Origin: Mustelus asterias
Taxonomy: Eukaryota
Direction: 5' to 3'
NCBI RefSeq assembly: GCF_964213995.1
Contig: NC_135812.1
Location: forward strand, 79,670,001 to 79,734,000
DNA: 64,000 nucleotides
A program made the position numbers and the translations under genes. Shown in pieces: positions 35,160 through 46,856 of this stretch; within the stretch, counting starts at the first letter, position 1; each line of letters begins with the position of its first letter. The notes beneath the pieces were generated by a model. The model saw nothing but the letters and a program-made list of their open reading frames with translations, did not search any database and had not been told where the DNA came from.

Positions 35160-35380
35160 GTAAGAAAACATTCGTTGGGAGAGCAGCTAACTCATTGTAT
35201 GACGATCTGAACCTGGTGCGAACACAAAGAAGGGGATGCTCGTTGCATTATTTTGCATTAACTTCAAGCTCAGGCCACCTTATGCTTTTTCTATTAAAGA
35301 TCAAATGTAGGCAGAGAATTGTAAAATTCTTAATTTCTTTCAAATTTAGCACATTTTCGCCAAACGTTTTTGCGATGTAG
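35160..35380 (+). CDS. cd7: CD7-like gene candidate exon 4, cytoplasmic tail (frame ambiguous)
   Basis: Acceptor ctgtcttcatttttag|. One frame reads KTFVGRAANSLYDDLNLVRTQRRG, resembling the CD7 AA..VYEDM region. That frame needs the AAG acceptor at 35164 or a restored 1-nt deletion; the first AG in phase 0 gives VRKHSLGEQLTHCMTI-stop. Confidence 0.55.
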
Positions 35381-36938
35381 GGGTTTGTTTAAAAAAACAT
35401 TATAGATTGCATTTTACCACCTCTCTTGTACTACTGGGAGGAGGGTGAGCTGGTAATTTGGTGGTGGACGGCATTGGATGGAGAGCTTGACGTCCTCCCA
35501 CTGCCACAGTATATCACCAGTGGCAGAAATCTCAGGGGTGCAACTGCCCGCTGGTTGGCTAATTATGCTTATTACATGCCCAACAAAGGGCCTCTTCCCA
35601 CCCCGCCACCATTTTGCCAGCTTTGGGAGGTGTCACTGCTGCATGGGGACACAACTAGTTAAAGTCCACTTTTTGAGGCCTGGGCCCTCCATTATGTCCT
35701 CTCCAAGGCCAAGGAAGGGGCTCAGCTCCTCTCAGCAATAGTTGTCAACCTTGTGACTAAGGGGTCACCGTTAGAAGGTAGAGCTTCTTCTCCCCAATCG
35801 AGACAGCCTGCCTGTCTGAACCAAGTACAGTTAGAAAGAAAAATTTACCTTCTCTTTGAGGGCACCTCAACATGGAAGAATCTTTTCCTTCTTCCTGCAC
35901 CATTCCAGCTATGGTAATGTTGAGACTGCAGTTCTGCCAGCTCTCTGACTGGACTGGCAGTGCTGGGAGGCAAGACGCCACCCTCAACTGGATGGCAATC
36001 CCAATGGCAGCCTCGTAATTGGCTGCTGCTAGGGTAAAACGCCACGGACAGTCCTGGTGCCAGCCTATGTGACTCCTGGCAATCAGACCTTCTGAGAAAG
36101 TCCAGCCCCATTTGTTTTATATTTGCAGAATATGTGCAGAGCTTGCTTTGTAGAAGGTGGTGTTTGTGTGTGTAATTCATGGATATTAAGGTGGAGAAAC
36201 ACCCCAATTGTACGTGGGGCAGATGTCATTTGTACATTCGTTTATTCCCTTCCTCTCTCCTCTTCCGCATTCTCAGTGCCTTCAAGTGTTGATGTACTGT
36301 TCCACAGACAAGTGAGAAATCCCGCAAGCCCTTGCTGCCTTACCAATGTCACACTTGTAGCGCGAGTGCGATACCTCATCTGAAATTGGGTCATGCCACG
36401 ATTCAGGCATCCCAGTTTGCCACCTAAAACAAGCATTAGATCCCTTACATATGTTAACGAAGGACCTCATGCCTGTTTTAGATCCCCTCAGAGGAACTAG
36501 AAAGGGAAGAGAAGGGCAGGCATTGGCGTGGCAGACAATTCCTATGTTGCCAAGCAGAAACTAGCAACAAAGGTAAATTAATCATCCAGTTTTGTCATCT
36601 TCCAAATGACATTTCTCATGTTCCTCTTTATAAATGGCTAATTAACAATATGTTGTCATGCTGCAGCAGTAATAAATAAACAGCTGAACCGGACACAAAT
36701 TCCATTTAAATCGTCTCCATTTATTTTTGCTGTCATGCTGTGCTTAGTGAATTTTTTGATTCGATGAATACATGATGCTCAATGCGAATTACTTCTATTC
36801 CTTAATTAGTCTCACTCCTGTTTTATCTTCAAATGTTATATCAATTCAAATTTTAACTTTATGCATGGTTGAAGTTGGCAGAAAATGTCATGATCTAAAA
36901 AACTATTCCAAGTGACTGGATTGGTTAGTCTTCTGCAT

Positions 36939-37232
36939 AGTGGCACAATGGTGAGCACTGCTGCCTCACAACACCAGGAACCCGGGTTCGATTCCTGGCT
37001 CGGGTGACTGTCTGTGCGGATTCTGCACGTTCTCCCCGCGTCTGCGTGGGTTTCCTCCGGGTGCTCCGGTTTCCTCTCACAGTCTGAAAGACATGCTGGT
37101 TAGGTGCATTGGCCATGCTAAATTCTCCCTCAGTGTACCCGAACAGGCGCCGGAGTGTGGCGACTAGGGGATTTTCGCAGTAACTTCATTGCAATGTTAA
37201 TGTAAGCCCACTTGTGACACTAATAAATAAAC
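36939..37232 (+). mobile_element. Family B SINE
   Basis: Head plus core plus B-type tail ending GTGACACTAATAAATAAACT. Confidence 0.9.
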
Positions 37233-37689
37233 TTCTCCTCGTTAACGACTTTGTTATAATAAATGGAATGAATTGTTAAGCATTATTATGAAATTGGCCC
37301 TTAAGATATTTGGAAAAAGAATATTTGTTTATTATTAGTTTGTGCTCATTTTTCTCTGACTGAAATATGGTGCTGGAAATGTGACAGTCAAATGATGGAA
37401 GACAACATTGGTCTCGATATTTGGCTGCAAAAGCTTCAGAATCCTGACATTGTTGTGGGAAAACTGAAATGACTTTTTAGTTGCAATAAGGTGCTCTTCT
37501 GAGGATAGAGAGGCCAAATCTGTGGAACATCAAACGTTCCAATCACAGAAATCTATTCATGCCTTGACCAAGACCATTCCAAATCTGAGTGACAACATGT
37601 CTGCCATCTTAAACAGAATGCCTTAGCTTTGACAGCAGTGAAATACAGTTAAGCAATAAGAAAGAAGATGGTGAAAGGGGACATCAGCT

Positions 37690-37950
37690 CAAAGCACACG
37701 CACTTCTCATCCGTTGTCCATCCAACCCATCAGCCAGTTACCAAGTTTGATGCCATGTGTTTCAATAGCTGATTCTGCCCCTGCACACAGGTGCACATGG
37801 ATATGGCCCTTCCATATCTACCTATGGAACGAAAGCATATCTTCTGTATGTTAACGATTTGTTCAATCACACATCTGGTTGTCATATGACATTCATTCTA
37901 GTGTTGTTGAGCTTCATTAATCGGGTGTCTGACGGATATCATCAGTTAAG
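37690..37950 (-). pseudogene. PIF/Harbinger transposase relic
   Basis: 37860-37945 reads LMISVRHPINEAQQH*NECHMTTRCVIEQ, matching the HARBI1-family LMTP..P...E..YN..H..TR..IE motif. Confidence 0.65.
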
Positions 37951-38139
37951 ATTAAGATTGTTACCTTAATGGCCATCTTTTAAGTCTGTTTATAGATTTG
38001 AAGATGTCAGGGAGCTTCAACAGCTGCAGAACAGAGCCAGCAAGCCAGTGCTCTGGAAACCTGATCTGCTTTAGGTCCCTATATAGAAATGGAGGGGCCA
38101 TAGATGAACAAACCCAGTCGGAACTGTAGACTCAGCTAT

Positions 38140-38600
38140 TCTAATGTACTACGGGCTGATATCCCATATTCTACTCTCTGTAAACTTGAGGTCACCCAAG
38201 TTGCTGCTGCTCGTATCTTAACTCTCAGCAAGGCTCATTCCCCAACACCGCTGTGCTCATTGACCCGCATTAACTCTCAGTCAAATATTGTCTTGATTTT
38301 AGAATTCTTACCCTTGTTTTCACATCTTTTCATGGCCTTGCACCTTTATCTGCCATCTCCTCCAACCCTTTGGGACATCTCTGCTCCTCTTTTTCTGGTC
38401 TCCTGTGCATTTCCAATCATAATTGCTTCAATACTGGAGTCTATGCCTTCAGTTGCCGAGGCCCTAAGCTCTGGAATTCTCTCCCTACATCGCTCTGCCT
38501 CTCCACTTCCATTTTCAACCTTTAAGATGCTTTTTACAATCTACCTCATTGACCAAATATGGCTCAGTGTCACACTTTGTTTTATAATTCTCCGATAATC
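38140..38600 (+). mobile_element. L2 LINE 3' relic
   Basis: QVAAARIL and GCCTTCAG..GGCCCTAAGCTCTGGAATTCTCTCCCT L2-type end; a minus-strand L2 relic lies at about 51690-52600. Confidence 0.65.
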
Positions 38601-39166
38601 ATGTGATGTATACCAGGACCAGTTTAATCTGGGGCCTTCTGTTATTCAAGGCAGCATGACAATATTAAACTGAACTTTGGTTTCCTCTCACAGTCCAAAA
38701 ATGTGCGGGTTAGGTGGATTGGCCATGCGAAAATGCCCCGTAGTGTCAGGGGGGCTAGCTAGGATGAATGCATGGGGTTACGGGGATAGGGTCTGGGTGG
38801 GATTGTGGCCAGTGCAAACCCGATGGGCCAAATGGCCTCATTCTGCATCGTAGGGTTCTATGATTCTATGAACGGTTCTGATCTTTCAAAGCCTAAAGTG
38901 TGATTATTAACAAAATCGGGAACTAAAAGGCAGCAATATCAAAGATGCTATATAAATATAAGATGTTGTTGTAAGAAAGCAGCTGTAAGTGCCAAGGATT
39001 TTTAACCTCCTCAACTGCCATCGTTACTTGTTTTGCTTGCATTGGCAAGTTGCAGAAAGCTCGGTAAACATATGAATGGGTCACTAAATTTAAAAGTCAG
39101 GTAAAATGTTGCTCTGATTGAGCGATTAGAATATGTTAGTGCAACCTTCAACCTGCCTTTCCTTTT

Positions 39167-39512
39167 AGAATCATAGAATTGCTACAGTGCAGAAGGAGGC
39201 CATTTGGCCCATCGAGCTTGCACTGACACTCTAACAGAGCATCTTACCCAGGCCCTATCCTTGTAACTTCACATATTTACCCCAGTAATCCCCCTAACCT
39301 CCACATATTGGGACACTAACGCGAAATGTAGCATTGCCAATCAACATAACCCGCACACCTTCGGAGTGTGGGAGGAAATGGGAGCACCGGGAGGAAACCC
39401 ACGCAGACGCGGGGAGAATGTGCAAACTGCACACAGTCACCCAAGGCTGGAATTTAACCTAGGTCACTGGAGCTGTAAGGCAGCAGTGCTAACTACTGTG
39501 CCACCGTTTCCA
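39167..39512 (-). mobile_element. Family A SINE
   Basis: Full-length; a 5'-truncated plus copy lies at about 38679-38870. Confidence 0.85.
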
Positions 39513-40267
39513 CCCTTTTGTTTCCATCATGCACAGCTACGGGGAAGGACTAGTGATCGGTACCAAATAAACAATGTGGAAAAAGTTAATACCCAGATAT
39601 GCAATTCTGTGTCAAGATATATAATTGGACAAAAGTACACTACAATGCCTCAATGAACCTCCCCTCACTTAAGTATGAAACGTGAAACAGGTTTTAAAAA
39701 TTTGTAAAGACAAATAGCAAATAAGGAAAATAAAACAATCTGTGCTGTTGGGAGAGAAGACAGCAGAGAGAAGAGAATGAACAATAACAAGGGGGCAAAA
39801 GCTGCAGGGGCACTATCCACTGGAAAGAGCCCATGGGTCCAGCCTCAATGACCTGAATTCCCAGAAGGAAAAACAGGGAAATAAGAATACTGATCTGAAC
39901 TGCTTTTTCTTCTGGTTTACAGAACTCCTCAATTGCTATTGAGTTCTTGCCTTGCGAGTTCAGGAATTCTGGGACACACGTTAAATTAAACATTAGTTGA
40001 AACATCACTCCAATTGAGCAATTCAGCACATGCTATTGAGCATCCACTTTTCAAAAGAAGGTTGTATGCAAACAGCACAGCACGCTTGGGGCCGGTGAGT
40101 TGAATGTGACATGTTCACAGTATACCCCACCTAAACATAATCAATGCAGCTCTTCAGGCTAAAATTCAACTTATTGGTGCAGAATGTCCATGCCAATCTT
40201 GATGTAATTTGTGTTAAATTGCGGTGGTCCCTTTTTACTTTGCTAATGGAAGAGAGCAGAATTTGTT

Positions 40268-40582
40268 AATCATAGAATCCTACGGTGCAGAAGGAGACCA
40301 TTCAGCCCATTGAGTCTGCACCGACCACAATCCCACCCAGGCCCTATCCCCATAACCCTATGAATTTACCCTAGCTAGAACCTCTGACACTAAGGGGCAA
40401 TTTAGCATGGCCAATCCATCTAACCCGCACATCTTTGGACTGTGGGAGGAAACGGGAACACCCGGAGGAAACTCACACAGACACGGGGAGAATGTGCAAA
40501 CTCTACACAGACCCAAGCCGGGAATCGAACCTGGGTCCCTGGTGCTGTGAGGCAGCAATGCTAACCACTGTGCCACTGTGCT
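40268..40582 (-). mobile_element. Family A SINE
   Basis: Full-length match. Confidence 0.88.
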
Positions 40583-41269
40583 GGTTCCACATTACAAATT
40601 GAACTCCTCCCCCCCCATGACTTGCTCACTGAGTCCAAATGACCGTGTCAAAATATAACCTATCTCGCACCAATGTGGTTGAAACACGTAATTTGAGACG
40701 GCAGAAGACTCTGATTAAGTTAAACTGAAAACAACAAGTTGCAGCTGTTGCCAGATTCAGCTGATTTAGGGGAAACGAGGTGGTTTCTCATCTTGACGGA
40801 TGGAGATTTTCAGTTCTGCATCTGTAAGTGACCGTTTGTTGATTTGACCTTTCTGCTGACACAAACCTTATGTTGTTTCTCACTGCTTCTGTCAGTGTGT
40901 GGGTTTGGAATTCGGAAATCTTAACTCTTTCATCCCCCCTCCACATTGAGTCTTTGGCAGGAACGAGATATGCCATTACCAATCATTGTCCACCCATTAC
41001 CACAGATAGAGAAAAGCCGGAGCACCATAGGATGGAGCAGAAGAATCAGACAGCATTAAAGGAGGCGGGACCCACCAGTTTTACCACACCTTAGAATGCA
41101 CAGGTCATAGAAGAACTTTATATGAGATGTACACGGGAAAACTGCACAATAAGGTAACTCTGTTCCCTCATCCATCACTTTACTAGCCTATGAAGAAGAA
41201 TGGTGTGGGATTAGGCTGAGAGAGTGCGATTGAGCGTAAGGTTTTTCTGTACTGTCCTGGAAGGCTAGC

Positions 41270-41470
41270 CGGTTTTCTGGTGCAATGGGTAGAGTCACTG
41301 CCTCTGAGCCAGAAGCATTAGGTTCAAGTCCATTAGGATTTGTTGGCCAAGGAAGTTATGTTCACAATGTGGTCAAACAGGTTGAGTATAAACCTGCAGA
41401 TCCCTCCAACACAGCACCAGCAGGCAATAAGTGCAGGAGAGATTCCTGGTGATTGCATGTTGTGGTTAGA
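41270..41470 (+). mobile_element. Family D tRNA-derived SINE
   Basis: Head TGGTGCAATGGGTAG..GGTTCAAGTCC; homologous minus copy at about 48150-48410. Confidence 0.6.
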
Positions 41471-41518
41471 ATATTGCAGCCTTTGCCATCGTTATCCATA
41501 AATCCAGGGCAGAACTGT

Positions 41519-41840
41519 GGCACAGGGTGGCACAGTGGTTAGCACTGCTGCCTCACAGCGCCAGGGACCCGGGTTCAATTCCGGCCTTGGATCACTGTCT
41601 GTGTGGAGTTTGCACATTCTCCTCATGTCTGCGTGGGTTTCCTCCGGGTGCTCCGGTTTCCTCCCACACTCCAAAGATGTGCAGGTTAGGTTGATTGGCC
41701 ATGCTAAATTGCCCCTTAGTGTTAGGGGGACTAGCAGGGTACATATGTGAGGTTGTGGGGATGGGGTCTGGGTGAGATTGTTGATGGTGCAGACTCGATG
41801 GGCCGATTGGCCACCTTCTGCACCATAGGGATTCGATGAT
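41519..41840 (+). mobile_element. Family A SINE
   Basis: Full-length match. Confidence 0.88.
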
Positions 41841-44753
41841 GAGTACAACATGCATATTAAAGTGCATGCTGCCACCACAACTCTTGACTCCCTGAGAGAT
41901 CTGTAGCATAACACCACCATTTCTGAAGAGAGGGATTGAAGAAGGGACAGGATTCATTCTCTCTCTGTGGAACAAATCAAGGGTGGGGTTCTCTGGCCAC
42001 ACTGGCTTGAAAACTGGAGATTCCCGCTTGGCTTCCACGGACCTTTACGTGGTGTCCACCACCCCCCACCACCCACCAACACCTCCCCCCTACCACCCCC
42101 CGCCACCCCACCCCCCCCCCCCCCCCCCCCACCCCGCCCTGCTCCCCATCAGCTAAAACTCCAATGGCAGGTGGGAAGGGAGAATTCTGGCCCAAGTGTT
42201 TGTGGCTCAAGGAAGGGCAAGAAAATGTCTTCAGTAGCCACCATGAGGTGTTTGTGGATTCTTTTCAACAGGAATGCAGAGGCTGCGGTGTGAAGTAGGT
42301 CCCCAGTGGGTATCTGCATGATAAAGATGGCCACCACACTTCCCAATGCCGCGTTGCATGGGAGTTGAGCAACTCTGGGAGAACTCTGTGTCCTCTGAGG
42401 CAACATGAGGGACACTGCAAATGAGTGTTTGTGAGTGCCATGTCGCCTCAATCGTGAATGGATTCACCATGGTAACACTTCACATCACTTTGTATGTTTC
42501 ATAATTAAACACTTCAAATATATATCACTGGAGCCAAAAATGTTTTGGTCTGCTTTTGTACACTGATGTCCTCAGAATGGAGGTGGTTCTTAACAATGGC
42601 ACATACATGAAGTCCATCTCTCATTGACAACATCTGGAGGACGGCTGTGTGCATGCATGTCCGGCAGAAAAATTGTGCGTTCCTGTCAAACCTTCCACCA
42701 CGCCAGCGGGAATTTATGTCATTTTGTTACCTGACTGCAACTCTTAGAGCACTCAGAGTCGCAGCTGGCTGTACTACTGGAGTTGATCACAGGTATGGTT
42801 CACATGGAAGATACAGGGTAGGGAAGTGAGAGGAGATGGGACAGGAAGGGGTGGTTCGGTATAAGACACGAAGAGGGGAGGTTGTCCAGAGGAGAATGCC
42901 TGGGGGTGCTGTTGGTAGGAGGGGATGGTGATGCTGGAGGGAGTGGTAGGGTGGTAGGGTCAGAGCTGGGTATGGCGGGTATAGTTTTCATGTGGAGGGG
43001 GGGGGGTCATTGAGTGGCACAAATTACATGAGTGAGAAGGATCAGGTTGGGCCCAGGAAAGGTGACTGGTGTGGGTTCAGTGGGGCTTCCTGCAGAATCA
43101 CAAAGTTTTAAAGAGCATTCTGTGATCACTAAGGGAGCCCTGTCAAAATCTAACAAGCGGCGAAGAAGAGAAAAATCTATTGCTGAGGCACCATCTTGAA
43201 AAAAAATCAGAGCTGTACCCAAGTGATGACAAACAACCATGGATAACAAATTAAAACTACCAGACCAATTTGTGTTCAGGCAAGGGCAAACCAGGTACAA
43301 AATTGGGCATCGTGTAGAAGTAAATTTGTAGATTACAGGAGCATTTCAGGGTTAAGAAAGAAATCAGACATATAATCGTTTTGTAGTACAGAACTTGAGT
43401 ATTGCTGAGGAAATACGTCTTGTTGAAGCTTTATGTCTATCCTGTCCGATATGTCTTGTGACCACAAGCAGCTGCTGGCAACTTCGAGGCAGCCAAGTGC
43501 TCTCAACTCATTCTTTGAATAAACTGTGGTTAGAATGGGAGGTACTTGACATGCATTCAACTGTGAAAGGAAAGATCAACAAACAAAGCTAACTGCATAC
43601 TGTCTAAAAACCATTAAGCTGTCGACCAAAAGAGAGTTTAAAGGACTGGACTGAAACTGAATGGAAACAAGGCTCTTCAAAGGCTTTGAAGAGATTTCAA
43701 AGGCTATGAGCTTTCTTTGAAGGCTCAGGGACTTGAAATAAATGTTGTGTTCAAGGAATGAGGGTGAATGAGGAAGGGAGCCTTCCTCCTCTAGTGAAAA
43801 TGATTTCTCCTGACAGCCAGAGGACTTGAAAGGGGTTTTCTCACACCTGCAGCTTCTTAGAGTGAGAAAAGGGAATCTCTTCTGCTGATTAGAATGCCAT
43901 AGGGATTTGGAAGGCTGCCAGGTGCCATGGAACAGACATAGATATTAAAGTGACCAGGCCACCTCAAAGTTTTCATAGTTGATAAACAGGAATGAAGACT
44001 TTGATCAGTGAGATGCCTGAAATCACCATGCCTGGAGCAATGTTCAGGTTTCCCAGTACTAGAAGGGGCAATTTAGCCATTAGGCACCTATCCCAGGGAA
44101 GAGTGCCAAGGTCAACCCCTTGCCACCAGCTTGAGCCGACTCTATCCCCTGGACCCTTGGGGGACCATTCCTCTGCAGCCTTGCAGTGTCAGGGACAGAG
44201 GGGCACATGGGTACTGCACTTAACTCCCTGACCTCCCTTGGGATCCAATGCGCCAGGCCAGGGTATCACAGCTAGTGTGCCAGGAGATAATGCACTGTTG
44301 GCACTGCCAAGAGGGGTGGCCTGAGGGTATGCCTGAGGGGGGTGATTCAGGTTACCCTCTTGCCTATGTGATGTTGGGGGATGGGGGGGGGGGGGGGTGA
44401 CCTGTTATTTTAGTTGTGGGGGGAGAATGTTTCTCTTTCCTGCGAGGTTGGTGGGGGAGATTCACCCTTTCAATGGTGGCGGGAGTGGGGGGGCTCTCTC
44501 TGAACATGGAGATCAAGGATGCCCTGATCTCAGTGAAGCCGGGCTGGCCGGTGTGTCTTCCATTATGCATATTATTACATTCTAAAGATGGGTGAATCCA
44601 CCTGAAAGCTGCTGCCTTCAGTTTTCCCGCTGGCCTGGACACTGAGAGCTGATTGGGGGAAATTGCGGCCTTCATGAAGGGGAAAGACAAGCAGCCTAAA
44701 GGCTTACAAATAGAGGGGGCTTTGCAGCATGTTGGTTCTGGCAAGAAAAAGAT

Positions 44754-45681
44754 GGCGGCAATCTTACCAAAACAATTCTAAGTGCTGAACAAGCATGAAA
44801 ACAGGAGCGAATCTCACCCATTCTTTGGGTGAGCTCCCATACGCTATTTTATGACACTTAGAAAATAAAATAATGCCAAATGTGATTCTCACCAGGAGGG
44901 GAAGTGGGCGGAGTCTATTCACGCCAGGAAGTCAGCTGCAGACTGCTAGAAGGTGCAATTGTGCATATATCCTGATCTCCCAGTGCACTGTGTACACAAG
45001 TACAGAGAGCACTGGGAATCCATCACTACCCCCCACTCCTCCAGGATTCGCACCCCAGCTCCCCCAATCACACCCTGCCCTCCACCAATCTCTGCTCCCG
45101 ACACCCGACTCCACCCCCCGCCGTACTCAGATCATTGTCACCCCGATGTTACCTGACACAGAGTACATAGCTCCCCACAGCTTGCCTCCCCTCAGGCTCT
45201 GCCGCTCCCCTTAGGCCCTGTCCTTTGGCACTGCCCAGAGCCCAGTGAGCAGTGCCAGGGTGACAGGCTAATACTGCCAGGGTCCCAGGCTGGCAGTGGC
45301 AGGCTGGCACTGCTCAAAGGGCACTGCCCTCCCCTGTCCCTGACCACTCTTGAAGGTGATCGAAGGGGCTTCAATCGCCTCCAAGGCCATCACAACTGGT
45401 CCCCATTGGTGGGGGACCATACGTGATCCATGCCATTGAGGACTACCACCTGGGAGGCCTTAAGGCAAGTGACCCCAGATGATTGCGTCCCAGGCTCACG
45501 AATAATATTTAAATTAATTAATACATATTTAAATCAGCCTTGTACACTTCCTGCGTGCAAATCTGCTCATGCCAGCAGACAGGGCTGGTAATATCACGAG
45601 AGGCTGAGAAACCAAGCACAAGACTGGTTCTTTACTGGCTCGCCACACCAATCAGTGTGATGAGCTGGTAAGATTGCTCCC
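44754..45681. mobile_element. GC-rich MITE
   Basis: 16-bp TIRs GGCGGCAATCTTACCA / TGGTAAGATTGCTCCC; internal GGCACTGCC palindromes shared with the other MITEs. Confidence 0.72.
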
Positions 45682-45719
45682 AACGTGTTTCTCTCCAGAG
45701 AAACAGATCATTTTAAATT

Positions 45720-46856
45720 CCAGATCTTACCACACTGGCACAAAAGTTTCACACCGTCATGGGGAGTGGGTGGGTGAGGGGGGGTGGGGGGGGGGGTGGG
45801 TTGCGGTGGGGCTGAAACACACCAGCAAAAGCCAGCTGCACAAAGATTGAAGCATTGTGTTTAAGGGGCACCCTAATCAGAACATGAATGATCCACCGCC
45901 CCCCACCCTCCCCGCCCCCCCCCCGCCCCCCAGCCTACCATGGAGGTCAAAGGGGCTCCCCACAACTTTGATCAAACTTGGACCTCTCCACCCACACAGT
46001 CAATGCCGGCACCCAAACCCCCACCACCCACCCCCCCCCAAAAGGCATTGCCAGCATCCCCATCTCCCACATCTGCTCCCAGCTACCACCCACATAAAAA
46101 TAAATTGCCCCCCCCGACCATGAGGCTCCAACTGGGGTCCGCCCCTTGGCACAAGTTGGCATGGTGCCAACCTGGCAGTGCCAACCTGTGCCAGGGGCAG
46201 TGCCAGAGGCATTGCCAGGCCACTACCTGGCCACGTCCCTCTCCCCCCGGGGCTGTATTCACATTTATGCCCCTGGGGAGGCCCCAATCACAGGTTCACA
46301 CTTGAATGAACCTGTCATAAACTGTGCTGACGTCATGTGTGCGAACATACAGCGAGTGGCTGTGTTAATTATATTAAAATCCATGGAAATGTATGTCAGT
46401 CAGGTCCATAGAATAATGGAATCATATTCTCCCTACAGAAGGAGGCCATTTGGCCCACCCAGTCTGCACCGACAACAATCCCACTTAAGCTCCATCACTG
46501 TAACACCATTTATTTACCCTGCTAATCCCCCTGGCACTAAGGGTCAAGTTAGCGTGGCCAATCAACCTAACCCGCACATCTTTGGACTGCGGGAGGAAAC
46601 CAGAGCACCTGGAGGAAACCCATGCAGACACGGGGAGAACATGCAAACTCCATACAGACAGTAACTGAAGCCAGGAATCAAACCCTGGTCCCTGACGTTA
46701 TGAGGCAGCAGTGCTAACAACTGTTCCACTGTGTTGCTGGTGAAAATTGGAAGTCACGACCTTGCCAGCGAGATTCGCTTATATCCGGCTTTTGCCGGAT
46801 ATTGAGCCGTCGCCGTCAATCCCACGGGCGGCGAATGTGGGCTCAAGATTCCGCCT
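45720..46856. mobile_element. GC-rich MITE containing a family A SINE (about 46410-46738, minus)
   Basis: Ends CCAGATCTTA / TCAAGATTCCGCC, terminal hairpins. Confidence 0.6.

Noticed and set aside
41525-41545. CACAGTG heptamers as recombination signals
   Set aside because: Part of every SINE head, with no nonamer at 12 or 23 bp spacing noticed.
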